Assembly (NCBI GenBank): GCA_051294375.1
Contig: CM119265.1
Coordinates: forward strand, 6,271,489-6,335,488
Length of the DNA: 64,000 nucleotides
Reading direction: 5' to 3'
Source of the DNA: Paraspadella gotoi
Taxonomy: Eukaryota > Animalia > Chaetognatha
Shown here: positions 1 through 58,898 of the stretch, one piece after another
Numbering within the stretch: the stretch's first letter is position 1
Layout: the number at the start of each line of letters is the position of its first letter
The notes under the pieces: model-generated
Seen by the model: only the letters and a program-made list of their open reading frames with translations
Databases searched by the model: none
What the model was told of the DNA's origin: nothing
Translations under genes and position numbers: made by a program

Positions 1-1292
1 TCTCTCTCTCCTCTCTCTCTCTCTCTTCTCTCTCTCTTTTTTCAGACAGACAGGGACCGAGAGTCGTTCTGTCCGAAAAAAGACGAATAAAAATGTTGTC
101 GGAAAAATTGTCTGTTTTCTGTTTCCGGACGAATCCGGGCGAGGGCGGAATGAGGCGTGGAGGATTTGGTGGGGCGGTAGAGGTGGTTGAGCGAGGGTGG
201 TTGACACGGGGGTGGGGGTGGCGAGAGAGATTTAGGCAATCCGGTTGCGCGCATAAAAATTGGGTTGAGGAGATCGAGTACGAATGTGACACGGGTGGGT
301 CAGGCTGGGCGAGTATTGCCTTTGTGTTCTGAAGGCGCATTGACTTTCTTTTCACGTTATCGGATTTTCAGATTATCACGTGACTACTCAAGAAAGAAAA
401 ACATACACAACAATTGTCCTGTCGCACAATACTTAAGTTTCAGCTGAATATATCTGAAACAGTCCCGTTATGTCTGAAGCAAGTTCGATAATTAGCAAAA
501 ATTTTATTTCTATTTTATATTAATTGGTGTTTCCTTGTTTATCCTTTGGACACGATTCCATCTCCACATTCCGTCTCTCGTTTTAACTTGACCCACGCGT
601 CGTGATGAATCGCGGGGGATTCACGCCAAATTCCATTATCATGGAATCGCATTGTCGGGGATGTCGCGGACGACCGCTTCGGCGTTGTCGCATCACAGGG
701 TCGCAGTAGTTGTAGGGCGTTTTGCAGCGACGGTGATCGTGATAGCGATTGAGCGCGGAAATTAGATTTCGTTGGTCGGTTGGGGAGATGCGAATTTGTT
801 TTGGATGTCGACCGTCGCTTTTGCTTTTGGCAAAGGCGAAGATTGGCGGCGGTTACGTCTCTGAAAAGATCGGCACGGCTCGCCGCCGTTTTGGGCCGTC
901 TTTGTCGCTGAGAATATGACGACGATTTATTTACGTTTTTTAAATAAGAAATATTTTTAATCTTTAAAAAGCATGAACTAACATTATGATATATACATTT
1001 ATTGAATTGTATGGTTATGCTATTATTATTTGTGACAAAAACCAATAATTTTTAAAAAAAATTGGCGACGACAACCGACGATAATCGTTGGTTTACGATT
1101 AATGAAATTGACTTATAATTTCGTCGAAAGAAAGATGAAAAGACGATTAAATTTGAATTAAAATTCATTCATATTTTAATTCCCCTTATTCTTCGCTTTA
1201 TATTGGACGACGACACTTCTTCCGGGTCGCCATCGAGTTTTCTTTTCAGTGGGAGATTTTGCGTTCATTGAACTTTTCCTTCCCTTACGAGC

Positions 1293-1394
<102 letters not shown>

Positions 1395-1874
1395 TCTCTT
1401 TTCAACTAGCCGAGGATTCTTTTGTCATTTTAAAACTTATGCAAACTATAAAATTATGTTGAACGTCCGCTATCGCCGCCGCATTTTGCTGCTGCCACTA
1501 CCATCATCGCCGCTGCTGAGTGCTGAGCCTTCGCCGCCGCCGCCGCATCAGCCGCGGCTTCAGCCGACCCGATTGTAAATTCATCAGCCGTTTTTTTTTC
1601 GGCCATGAAGGCTCGTAACATTAACGTCTTTAATCATTCACACCAGCTTTACTTTCTTTTGGTTATTTCCCTTTTTTTTTATAGTACAACTTATCTCCCA
1701 GTTTTTTGCACTTAAATCTTTTCCTCTTTACGCAAAATAATATAAATTTAAATTCTAATCTCATAAAAATACAGATTTTTAGTTTCCTTTAAAAACTTGA
1801 CGCTGAACGGAGGATGTTAAGAGCAGGATTAGTAGTTGAGCCTTAATATATTTTATATGGGGACTGAGAGAGAG

Positions 1875-1934
<60 letters not shown>

Positions 1935-3285
1935 ACTCCTCCTATATTTTAGTTATGCTAATTTCGTTTTTCAGTCTCGACAACAGAAACACGGATTTAA
2001 AAAAAGTTTTCCAAACGAATATATGTTCAAAGAATTCGAAGCGAAAACGTTTCAATAATAACAAAAACTTTTCTCAAGTTTACTTTTAGTAATAATTTTT
2101 CATTTTCGAAGAAAGAAAAAAAAAGAAAGAGGATAAAAGAGGAAACTGTGTCCGAGAAGAAAAAAAGAAGGCAGAAACACGAAAAGTTTCCGATCCTTTT
2201 TGATGGATGAGTTTGAACAAGGCGTCGAACGAAAAACACGCCCATTTTCGCTCCCCCCCCCTTATCGATGCTCACCCTCCCCCGGCGCTCTCCTAGCAAT
2301 GGCCACTCCCTCTCCACGTCGCCTCGATCCACCCACTTCGGCTCCCCACGGTCCTCGCTCTCGATTTAACCCGTCTCGGAACGATTTCCGTACAATGTCA
2401 TGTAATAGTAGCAAGTCATTTCTTATTTATTTTGTTCTCAATTTAAAAACCAAAAATAGGCCGTTTGGCAATCTATTGAAAAGTATTGTAAAACCGTTTA
2501 AAATTTAACTAAATTGAAAATAATAAAAATAAAACGAAAAGATGAATATTAAATCAACCAGAAAACTTGGGTCTTGACCCTGTCCTTCAGCGAGTGCAAA
2601 ATTTCCTTTCAAGGAAAATTTCAAAGTCCTTAAAAGTGTCACCCGTTTAAGCTTTAATTTATTATTGGATTTTTACCCCATACGAACTTCGAATGGGAAC
2701 GTGGCTCGGTTTTTAGACAAGAAATACTGCTCTCTGACGCAGTCTTAAATTCGTTCATTGAGTCGAACCAGACACATAATTATCAACTTAAAACTTCAAA
2801 TATCAAAATTTCCCTCGTCTTGATGCGACTTCGAGATACTAGTTTCTCAGAAGCTTCATTCCCGAGGTTCTACATCGAAACATCGAAAACGGGGCCTCCG
2901 AGACGCTTTTTCTTTTCCCGAGAACACGTCAATCTCGGTCTCCCAGTTATGCATCATTTCGTTATAATTCATCATATAAATTTTTCTTATAATTTTTTTC
3001 ATTATTATATGCAAGTCATTTTCTGCCGTTTTAATATTCACCAACCTCCAAGAAATGAAAAAGTTTCCACCTCTCCCTTGGCAACCTCTGTAACTCAATC
3101 CTAATTTAGATCCCTCTCACTTCACCCCCTCCACCACTCTTCCTATTTCCATCCCCTACCACCCCCCCACATCTCATTCCGTTTTCCAATGATTTTTTAT
3201 CATTTACCTCAATTAAAGTTATTTTTTTTTATCGTCGTCGCAATTCGATCCAAGGAAGGAGATGACGATGGTAATGAATCACATG

Positions 3286-3394
<109 letters not shown>

Positions 3395-3828
3395 GGCTCG
3401 TTAATGTATAAATCTTCCGTCGCGTCGCTGGAGCCGGGATTTCAGTGACCCTCCCGGTTAATTTATGGCTCGAGAGAGAGACCAGGTTTTTTTTTTCTTT
3501 CGTCGTCGCCGTCGTCGTTGGCATCGTCATCGTCGTCGTCCTCGTCGTCGTCTGCTCTCGTGTCATCTTCATATTTGAACAGCTCGATAAAACTCTCCCC
3601 CGATGGGTGAGCATTAGCGCCTCCAATTTCTCCTCGCGCTAAACTTTCCTGGGAGGAAGTTTGACCGATTTTTAGACAGCGATTTACGGATTGATCGAGG
3701 GCTCGACCCTTGATTGGCTGTTTTGACCACGTCTGATATATTTTATTTTCTAAAAAAAACTATCGTTATTCCTTAGCTTCTTGAGCGACTTCGTTTCTTT
3801 ATAATACAAAGTTTGGATTTATCAGTAA

Positions 3829-4040
3829 ATGAAATTGGTACAACCAATATAAAAATTATCCATTCATTTAATAAATAAGCTATCTTGCCCCTGACTTTGG
3901 ACACTGGACACTGAGCAGGCTTTGGTGGTTTAAGGCCTCCATCACTCTTACAAGATAATGACATATCAGGTCCCTGCAACCTTTCAATCAAGACTCTCTC
4001 ACAGTCTCGTTTATTCACTCGCAGAGTATCTGGCTTCCCT
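3829..4040 (+). mobile_element. Short dispersed repeat, copy 1
   Basis: Core atcttgcccctgactttggac...ggcctccatcactcttacaagataatgacata shared with 9794, and more loosely with 26200 and 44590. Confidence 0.7.
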
Positions 4041-5649
4041 ATATCAAAATGTTAGCGAAATGTCTGTTACGATTTACGTTGGCAATCCTTGTTTTATAAT
4101 TATAATTATATAATTATAATTATACACCTCGGCTTAAACCTCGTTGCTTTCGTCGCAAAATCCTCGAAATCTCTGGTGAACCTTATCAAGTCCAGAGGCC
4201 TTCGTCGTGATTGTCCGCACTCTCTTCCGGCCACGCCCCCTTTTTCGTTCCCCCGTGGCGTTTTCCTCTCCCCCCCCTTGAAGCGTCTAACCTTGTTCTC
4301 AGCAGTGCTGCCGATTTCCGGCCGCCGCCGGGTCAAGAGTTCCTCCCCCCCCCTCACCCCGCCGATTTTTACCCTCAAGGTCAGAGGTCAACTTCGGCAC
4401 CCGTCGACGCCCGCGCGCGCGAGAGAGAAAAGACTCTCCGACTCTCCGACGCCGAAACACGAATACTCTGTGCCTGGAATATCGAAAGAACCGGCGTCGC
4501 CCGGCGTCGTCCGGCGTCACCGACAATTTTTTTTCTCCCAGGATCGCTGCTTTAAGAAAGCGGCGTTAAAAACTGTTCGTGACTTTATTTTATACACAGC
4601 GACGGCGGGAACTGTATATATATATTTCACGTTTGACCTCGATAAAAGACCGCACGGTTCTCTCTATATGTTACGGAGAGCGGGTCGCTGTGGCTAACAA
4701 TAGAGGGCGTCTGTCTTTTGCGTTGATCTTTCTGTATTTCTGTCTGTCAGTATGTCTGTCTGTCTGCCTTTATGTCTGAGTATCGTGCCAGTAAGGCTTT
4801 ATATACCATCCTACATACAGTCGTACACTCGATTTCGGTATCTCTATTTCGCAATCACCAATCGCAATCACCAATCACTAATGCCTCTAGATTATAAAAC
4901 TGGTTTAGAAGAGAAACTACTATAAATGAAAGAGAAAATAGTTGCAAGAAGCCGAATGAAGATGTACGAAAACGAAAAGGAATAGTTAAATGGAGCGCGA
5001 CCTTTTTATAAGCGCCCCTCTCGCGACCTTGATAAAGATGACCGCTCCTGGCTGAAGTTGAAAGGAACTAAAAGTAGGAAGGGGGAAGAAAAAAGTGGGG
5101 AAAAGGGGGGAAATGGCGGGAAAGGGGGAGAGAGGGCGGGACCTTGGACAAAACGACATCGGCTATTTGTCGTAGTGGCAGAGAGAAGAATGGGCTACGA
5201 TAGAAGGGTGAAAGAAAGAAAGGTAAAAGGGTAGAAAGGAGAGGAGTGGAGAGAATAGTAAAGCGGAAAAGTAGAGTTAAGATAAGAATAAAATAATATA
5301 GAAGAGAAATATAGTGGAGACAAGTGTGAAGTGAAGTAAAATTAACGAAATAATGAAAAACAAAGACGGGAGGAATCAATATAACACTGGATTTTAAAAA
5401 ACTTTGAAATTTGAAAAAAATACCAAGAACAGAAACGAATGCAGAAAGTAGAGAAGAAAAAGAGAAGACGGAATAGAGAGGCAAGTGAGGAATGGGATAA
5501 TGAAGCCGTAGTGAAGTGATCGAGTTCACGCGGATGCGGTTTCCCTGGCAACGGACTCCGAACTAATGACTCCGTCTCAAAGACATTTGTTATTACGAGA
5601 CGCGAGACCCGAAAATTCGCTCGTAATTTGGGGGGAAGAAACGGAGAAA

Positions 5650-5741
<92 letters not shown>

Positions 5742-7876
5742 AGAAATAATAAAAGACATGATCATACGAATTATTCGCTTGAGTTACTTTTCACGGTTTA
5801 TTCATTTTAAAATTTATGGATCATCAATTGCTTTACGTTGCATCCAAACCCACCAAAGAGAAAGCTCACGCCGCCTTACCTAAATGTCGACCTCACCCAA
5901 ATATCCTTTGCCCGCAAAGAGCGCCCGACGAAAAACGCGGCCCATTAGGTCTCGCTGCTCATCTTTTTTCGAAGCGATAAAACCCTCTCGCCCTTTCGCG
6001 CAGAGAGAGNNNNNNNNNNNNNNNNNNNNNNNNNNNNNNNNNNNNNNNNNNNNNNNNNNNNNNNNNNNNNNNNNNNNNNNNNNNNNNNNNNNNNNNNNNN
6101 NNNNNNNNNNNNNNNNNNNNNNNNNNNNNNNNNNNNNNNNNNNNNNNNNNNNNNNNNNNNNNNNNNNNNNNNNNNNNNNNNNNNNNNNNNNNNNNNNNNN
6201 NNNNNNNNNNNNNNNNNNNNNNNNNNNNNNNNNNNNNNNNNNNNNNNNNNNNNNNNNNNNNNNNNNNNNNNNNNNNNNNNNNNNNNNNNNNNNNNNNNNN
6301 NNNNNNNNNNAAAAGATATAGTTGAGTTACTGAATGAAAAGTAAAAGCAACGGATTTCATTTCATAATGGAACTTATTGCAAATATAATCAAAGCAATAA
6401 ATGGCGCCAGATGTGAACCTAAAATTAGGAAAGAAGAGGACGATAATATCGGACGACGACGACGACGACGACGACGACGCCGACGACGACGACATGGTTA
6501 AGAAATAAACAAAGACGATTATTAATATTCTCCTCTTCCCTTTTCTTTTTCCGCCTCTGATTTCCGAATGTCGATGGATGCCCGAGAGAGAAAAAAAGGT
6601 CGAGCCGAACCAAGGAATCGGTCCGGAAAAAAAGCCGGGAGAGGTCAAGCCCGAGCCTTCGGGGTCAGCTCGGCCCCAAAAATAGGCCTCGAAGGTCGAC
6701 CCGGTTCTTTGCTGCTCTTTTGTCTACGACTTCTGATGAGTTTCTTGGGTGTAGTGGTGAAAGGGGGAAGTAGGAGCGAGTGGTCGCTGGACTGATGCAG
6801 TATTCTCGGTTATGGTATTGTTGTTGTCCTCGGCGTCATAAAGGGCAAGGTCGACAGACTCTTCACAAAAGGTCTTCGTAGAAGCGACATCGTTAAGAAC
6901 TCCAAATTCTAGATTTAAATTGTTTTTCTTCGTCAGTTTGTCTGTGCGTCTATATTACACAATATACACCTGTCACGACGTGATACGAAACTCCTCGTTA
7001 CTTGACATACGATATCAGATTTATAAAATTGCAATATCAGTCAGATTCAAGAGTAGGAAAAACAGGTCACTGCAAAATGTAATTGAGGAATATTTTTGTT
7101 ATTTTGTTTTTGTTTTTGTAAACGAGCGTTTATTTTAACATACTGAACAGTGAGTGACATACGTCATCCAGACACGCCCATCATCGTAAGGAGCCATTAA
7201 TTCTCATGATAACCTCGTCTCTCTCCTATTCTTCTTCTTCTTCCCAACCCCAGCCTCGTCTCCCTCTCCCAACCTCTCCTTCTCTCTCGCCAACGGATTT
7301 CCAATCTGGGATCTCCCGCTTTATGGTTCTCACATGATCGAACGCCCCTTTATGTTCTAATCCGGCGCCATTTCGACGCCGCGGGAGGGCGCGGGAACAA
7401 CGGGCTGAGGGGAGGGGGACGACCGAGGGGCGCGCCCTTTTGATTTAAAGGCGGACCAAAAATAAACATACGTTGAGTTGGATGATTTACTTTTACTGGA
7501 TCATTTAATCTGAATTGTATATGTATAATATGTATAAACCAGTCATTCGATCTGAGTTATACATTCAGCCAATCAAATCCGCCTGCATTACGACTCCAAC
7601 CGATCCTCTTAAACTAATCACTCCATCTAACTTCCATCACTCCACGAATCCATTCCTTCAGCCACTCCAGCCACTCCAGCCACTCAAGCCAACCTGTCGA
7701 GCTTCTTCTTCGACGTCATCGGGAATCCACGGGGCGATCCTCCTCGATAATCCTCATGAACGAGATCCCCTATGGCCGCGTAACGAAGGAATAACGACGA
7801 CGCGGTTATTCCGAGCGGAAGCGGATCAATGAATCTGGGATTTATTATACATTTCGCATTATTGCAGCAGGGAGAG

Positions 7877-7971
<95 letters not shown>

Positions 7972-8347
7972 TTAATTTTTTCATCTTTTCCGTCGAGAAA
8001 ATTTACGAGATTAAACTTAAGAAATCAAAGGAGAACATCTTGAGAAAGTATGTAGATTAAAATTTTCTTCGTATTCAGAATTGATTCTCGTTTTATTTTA
8101 TTATCTGATGTCTGCCGTTTGAACTATACGTCTTTATCATTTTCACCCTCGTTTCCTTCTCAAGAGAAATTGATTTATTGCCGACTGAGAGAGTAACTGG
8201 CTTGAGGCATCCATTTTCTTATCGCTGTTGTCGTCAACAGGATCAATTTCATCATCAGAAGGCATTGTAAATAACTTGGTTGTCGTCTTCGTACGACGCT
8301 AACGTTATCATTGTGGTCGTCGTTTTCTTTTCTTTCTTCAATGCCTT

Positions 8348-8408
8348 CGTCGTTGTCGTCGTCGTTGTCGTCGTCGTCGTCATCGTCGTCGTCGTCGTCG
8401 TTGTCGTT

Positions 8409-8458
<50 letters not shown>
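8348..8458. repeat. (GTC)n microsatellite, representative of many GTC/GAC tracts
   Basis: Direct reading. Confidence 0.97.
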
Positions 8459-8459
<1 letters not shown>

Positions 8460-8811
8460 GTTGTCGACGACGTTTATCGTCGATTGTTTATTCCCAAGGA
8501 AAATACTGCATCGAAGCGACCGCATTTTAACCCGCGCCCTTTCAATTTAATTTGAATTTCTGCCACATTCTTTTTAGTCCTCTCCCTCTCCCTCTCTCTC
8601 TCCCTCCCTCTCTCTCTCCCCATCTCCCTCCCAAATTTTTTTCTCATTCTCGATTCTCAAAAGCGACTGATCGCTGAGAACATAAAAAAGACAACCCTTA
8701 TTTTTTTCCTTTCCTTTCCTTCAGTTTCTTTTTATCTTTTCTTTCTTTTCTTATCTTTTTTCTTCCCCGTCTGAGCAAAGTTTTCACCCTTTTCTGATCT
8801 AAACCTGTGAT

Positions 8812-8813
8812 TT

Positions 8814-8903
<90 letters not shown>
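8812..8903. repeat. (TTTC)n microsatellite
   Basis: Direct reading. Confidence 0.97.
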
Positions 8904-8904
<1 letters not shown>

Positions 8905-9029
8905 ATCTTCTGTCTTTTTATTTTTAAGTCCAATTTTATTTTTTTTATTTCTTCCTATCTCTCCATATCCTTTTTAGCCCTCTTTCTCTCTCCTTTCCCT
9001 GCTCCCTCCCTCCCTCCCTCCCTCCCTCC

Positions 9030-9077
<48 letters not shown>

Positions 9078-9304
9078 CCCATTCCACGTTTTCCATCGCT
9101 CTTTTTATCTCTGATTCCTCAGGCCGCCGGTCGACCCGTCGATGGGTATTTCCGCCGTTTGATGGTCGAGGGAAAGAGAGAGAAGGCCGTGATTTTTGGG
9201 TGGGTACGGGAACAGGTCAGGGTGGGCCGTGTGGCGAATGGAATATCTCCGCGTGGAAAACCGTTCCATGCGCCCCATCTCCCCCTGAACCAAAAAAAAA
9301 AAAG

Positions 9305-53381
<44,077 letters not shown>

Positions 53382-54238
53382 GAAAAACGAGAAAGAAACG
53401 AATGAATGAATGAATGAACAATGAAGGAATGAATAAACGAAACGAAAGGAAGAGCGAATCTTCTTCTCTTTTTTTTTTATCCGTCAAAATTACGTTTTGT
53501 TGTTGTTGATTTTCTGGTTTTTTTTTCGATTTCGAAACATTTCGGGCTTTTTTCGCGTCGTTTTTGTTGTTGAGGTACCTGGGAAAACAAATTACCTTGT
53601 CCTTCGTTTTATGCATAAAACGGGTTGGCGGTGGCGTTTCGAGGAAAGACGCGCGCGCTTAGGAATTACTTATTGGTAGTGATTAAAATTATTGAAATCG
53701 ATTTGAACCAATTTATGGACAAGAAGATGATTTAATTTCATTTACCTGAGAATGTAAAATGTTGTAAAGAAAAGAAGGGAGTGGGTCTACAACAAAAAAA
53801 AACAAAAAAAACGGGCATTACGAAAATACGATTACCGTTCGCGAGAAAAGATAGATAAAAAGAAAACAAAAAAAAACTTAGTTTAGTTTTTCTCCTCCGT
53901 CCAACTCGTTAACTGTTCATCCTCATCATCATCGTCATCTTTATTCCTCTCGTCGATTTTTCTTCCCCTTCGTCCTCTCCCTCGCCCTCTCCCTCTTCCT
54001 CCCTCGCACCCTCACCTCGTTCTCAGCCTCACAGAAAAGTCTTATTCTCAGTGAATCCTTCGTTACCGTCATCTCTCTCTCTATCTCTCCTTCGTCTCTC
54101 TCTCTCTCTTCCCTTTTCCAAAGAGGGAAAAAAAAGGAGGAGCTTTGGGATTGGTTTTAATCCTTTCACCTATAATTGAATCTCTAGTATGTAAATTACT
54201 TTTTTTTATTTCTTCCTCTACTTCTTCTCTCTCTCTCT

Positions 54239-54274
<36 letters not shown>

Positions 54275-54299
54275 CTCTCTCTCTCTCTCTTTCTCTCTC

Positions 54300-55207
54300 C
54301 GGGCACCGTATTGTTTATCCTCCTTGAATCACGCTCTCTACCCTCAAAAAAATTGTTCAGTTATATTATGTATTGTTCTGTAAATAAATCTAAGTTCCAA
54401 ACGTCTATTTCTCATAAAAAAAAAATATTTTTATCCTTTAAAAAATAAATTTTGATTAAAAAAAAAATGATAGAAAGAAAGTTATCCGCATTAGCTCTAC
54501 CCAATTATAATATTTCTACTTTTTTTCCCTTTTCGATGCATTAAACGATTTCGCCTATGTGGCCGATTACTGAATATATATATGAGTACTAGTAGTATTA
54601 CTCATGACTATGAATAATTGTATTCTTCGGAACAACAAAGGTTCAAGGAAAATAGAAAAAAAAAACCAAAAATAGGCTGTTCAATTTTCATTTAACGAAA
54701 TATGTCCGTTTCAAAAGGTTGTTATTTTGCATAATAAAAAAATTATTATCCAGACTTGATTACTTGTATTACCGCGATTTTATCGATATTTTTTAATGAC
54801 ATTAATTCACTTTAAAAAAAAAATCCGTCTAATTACAATATGGTCTTCATTGCGAGTTTTTATTTCAGTCAGTTTTTTTTAATTATAACAGAGCGACGAA
54901 ACAATATGTTTTGTCAGTTTTTATTAAAAAGAATTTTAATTCCTTTTGTTACTCTTCTTCTTTGCATTTCCCCGATATTCTTTCTTCTTCTCGTCCTCAT
55001 TCAGACACTCGTTTAGGTTTTGATTACAGACGTTTCTCTTTTAAGCGCGCATAAGAATGACGTCGCTCTCTCNNNNNNNNNNNNNNNNNNNNNNNNNCAG
55101 TATCATCACTGTCGTCGCGTCATTGTCATCGTCGTCTCGCTTGGCGTCGACGGCGGAAACGATTTTAAACGCCGCCTCTTGGCGAGAAGCAGAAAGACGC
55201 CACCCTC

Positions 55208-55247
<40 letters not shown>

Positions 55248-57322
55248 GAGAGAGAGAGAGAGAGAGAGCTCCATCAGAGGGTGGCGTCTTTCTGCTTCTC
55301 GCCAAGAGGCGGCGTTTAAAATCGTTTCCGCCGTCGACGCCAGCGAGACGACGATGACAATGACGACGACGACAGTGATGATACTGACAAAAGTAGCGAC
55401 AGTGAGTAGTTTTCGATTCGAGAGCTGAAAAAAAAACTATTATAAATGTAGACGTTGATGACAAAAGTATCTTCAACCGGCAGCACTTCCAAATCTTCGA
55501 TTCTTTAAAAACTTTTAGTACTTACCAATTAATTTCTTACCTCTTAACTAAAAATTTTCTTAGTATAGTTCTTTTTATTCATTTAATTTCTTATAGTTTT
55601 TTTTTTAATCTTTCTTTATAAAATTTTAGTACTCTTTTTCAATTTTTTTACTTTTTATCCTCCCCATCAAGTTTTCCTTTTACTTTTCTTTCTTTTCTTT
55701 TTTTCCTTCTTTTTTACCCCAAACTTCCTTTTCTTCTCCATCCACACTTTCCTTTCTCGTCTCCCCCGCGCCTCCTTTCAATTCGGACCAGTAGTTCCAT
55801 CTTCCGTCATATTTGCTTTTCTTCCTCGACGTTTTTCATCTTTTTACATTTCATAGATTGGTAGTTCCCCCCCTTCAGCCGTCCCCCCCCAACTCAGATT
55901 CAAAACCTTCGATTCATTTTTTTTTCATTTCCTCACAAAATGAGAAAAAAAAAATTTTCGACTGAACTCCCTCAANNNNNNNNNNCTTCTCCAATGACTA
56001 TTCAATCGTCAAAGTTCACTCATTCTAAGCCAAGAATACTAATCTCACCGATTGTGTGAAACTTTGTGAATCTTTTTACTTTTTAAGATAATCATCCCAT
56101 CTCAAATCCCTTTCCCTCGCTATTTTTCTATCGCCTTCAAACTTCTTCCAATCAGTTTTTCTTTTTTTTTTTAGTTTTTACTCTTTTCCCCTTCCCCTCC
56201 GTCTCCTTCGCCTCCTCCGCCCCCACCTCTTTCCTCCCCCCACTCTTCATTCTTCCTCCCTTTTCTCTTTTCGTTCTCTTCTTTATTTACTTCGTTTTCT
56301 CCAGTTTCACTCAAGTCACGTGATCTTTTTGTATGCAAATTTATTCATAAACGACCGTTCTTACTCTCTCTCTCTCTCTCTCTACTCTCTCCTCTACTCT
56401 CTCTCTTCTCTCCTCATCTCTCCTTCCTCTCTCTTTCTTTCTCTCTTCGGGACTCTCGTATTGTTTAATCCCTCACTTGAATCGAACAGCTCTCAATACC
56501 CATCTCAAAAAAAATTGTCAAGTGTTAATAGTTATGTATTGTATCGTGTAAATATAAATCATACAAGTTTCCCAAAACGTCATATTTCTCATAATAAAAA
56601 AATATTTTTTATACCTTTTAAAAAAATAAATTTGATTAATAAAAAAAAATTGATAAGAAAGAAAAGGTTCATCACGCATTAGCTCTACCCCAATCTATAA
56701 TATATTCTAGCTTTTTTTCCCTTTTTTCGATGCATTAAAACGATTTCGCCTATGTGGACCGATTATCGAATATATATATGAGTACTAAGTAGTATTACTC
56801 ATGACTATGACATAATTGTATTCTTCGGAACAACAAAAAGTTCGTTCAAAGGAAAATAGAAAAAAAAAAACCAAAATAAAGCTGTTCAATTTTCATTTAA
56901 CGAATATATGTCCCGCTTTCAAAAAGGTTGTTATTTTTGCACTACATACTAAAAAAATTTAATTCAGAAATTGATATTACCATTTGTATTACCGCGATTT
57001 ATATCGGATATATTTTTTACATGCAATTAATTCACCACTTTCAAAAAAAAAAAATCCCGTCTAAGTTACAATATAGCGTCTTCATCTTGCAGTTTTTATT
57101 TCATCAGTTTTTTTTAATGCTATAAACAAGAGCGACGAAAACAATATGTTTTTGTCAGTTTTTATAAAAAGAAATTTTTAATTCCTTTTGTTTATCTTCT
57201 TCTTCTTTGCATTTCCCCGAATATTCTTTCTTCTTCTCGTCCTCATTCAGACACTCGTTAGTTTTGATTACAGACGTTTCTCTTTTAAGCGCGCATATAA
57301 GAATGACGTCGCTCTCCTCTCT

Positions 57323-57390
<68 letters not shown>

Positions 57391-58795
57391 CTCTCTCTCT
57401 CCATCAGAGGGTGGCGTCTTTCTGCTTCTCGCCAAGAGGCGGCGTTTAAAATCGTTTCCGCCGTCGACGCCAGCGAAGACGACGGATGACAATGAACGAC
57501 GACGACAGTGATGATACTGACAAAAGTAGCGACAGTGAGTAGTTTTCCGATTCGAGAGCTGAAAAAAAAACTATTATAAATGTAGACGTTGATGACAAAA
57601 GTATACTGTCAACCGGCAGCACTCCAAATCTTCGATTCTTTAAAAACTTTTAGACTTACCAATTAATTTCTTACCTCTTAAACTAAAAATTTCTTAGTAT
57701 AGTTCTTTTTATTCATTTAATTTCTTATAGTTTTTTTTTAATCTTTTCTTTATAAAATTTTAGTACTCTTTTTCAATTTTTACTTTTTATCCTCCCCATC
57801 CAAGTTTTCCTTTTACCTTTCTTTCTTTTCTTTTTTCCCTTCTTTTTTACCCCAAAACTTCCTTTTCTTCTCCATCCACACTTTCCTTTTCGTCTCGTCT
57901 CCCCCGCGCCTCCTTTCAATTCGGACCAGTAGTTCCATCTTCCGTCATATTTGCTTTCTTCCTCGACGTTTTCATCTTTTTACATTTCATAGATTGGTAG
58001 TTCCCCCCTTCAGCCGTCCCCCCCCCAACTTAGAATTCAAAACCTTCGATTCATTTTTTTTTCATTTCCTCACAAAATGAGAAAAAAAAAATTTTCGACT
58101 GAACTCCCTCAATGTAGTTCATTTTAACCTGAGCAACTCATCTTCTCCAAATCTTTATAGGATCGATATTGCGCATCTTTTAAATCATCTTTCACGACGA
58201 ATAAGATGAACCAAACAAATTCAGCTCATTATGCCCATTTTCCCATAATTGAAGGAAGCTTTTCATGCCCTTTTTACTCACTTAGGCAACAACGTCGTGT
58301 CCATTTAGTACCGTAATTTCTCCTCTACCAAAAAAAAAAAAATATAATAATATATATATATATATTATTCCTTTTAAAGTTTAACTAAAAGTTACAGAAA
58401 CAAGCATTTTTATTCAATCCGTGCTTCTCCAATGACTATTCAATCGTCAAAGTTCACTCATTCTAAGCCAAGAATACCAATCTCACCGATTGTGTGAAAC
58501 TTTGTTGAATCTTTTTACTCTTTAAGAAAATCATCCCATCTCAAATCCCTTTCCCTCGCTATTTTTCTATCGCCTTCAAACTTCTTCCAATCAGTTTTTC
58601 TTTTTTTTTTTAGTTTTTACTCTTTTTCCCTTCCCCTCCGTCTCCTCCTCGCCTCCCCGCCCCCACCTCTTTCCTCCCCCACTCTTCATTCTTCCTCCCT
58701 TTTCTCTTTCTCGTTCTCTTCTTTATTTACTTCGTTTTCTCCAGTTTCACTCAAGTCACGTGATCTTTTTGTATGCAAATTTATTCATAAACGAC
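54300..58795 (+). repeat. Tandem duplication of 3' region (about 54300-56355 and 56449-58795)
   Basis: Collinear match ending in ttattcataaacgac in both copies; differences mostly small indels. Confidence 0.9.
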
Positions 58796-58850
58796 GAAGA
58801 GAATTTTGGTTAGACAAGGATTTTTTTTTATCGGAGGGGGGGAGCGTGTG

Positions 58851-58898
<48 letters not shown>

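Noticed and set aside
539-1045. 168-aa minus-strand ORF in a CpG-rich patch
   Set aside because: No recognisable domain, AT-rich non-coding-like first third, and no consistent splice structure.
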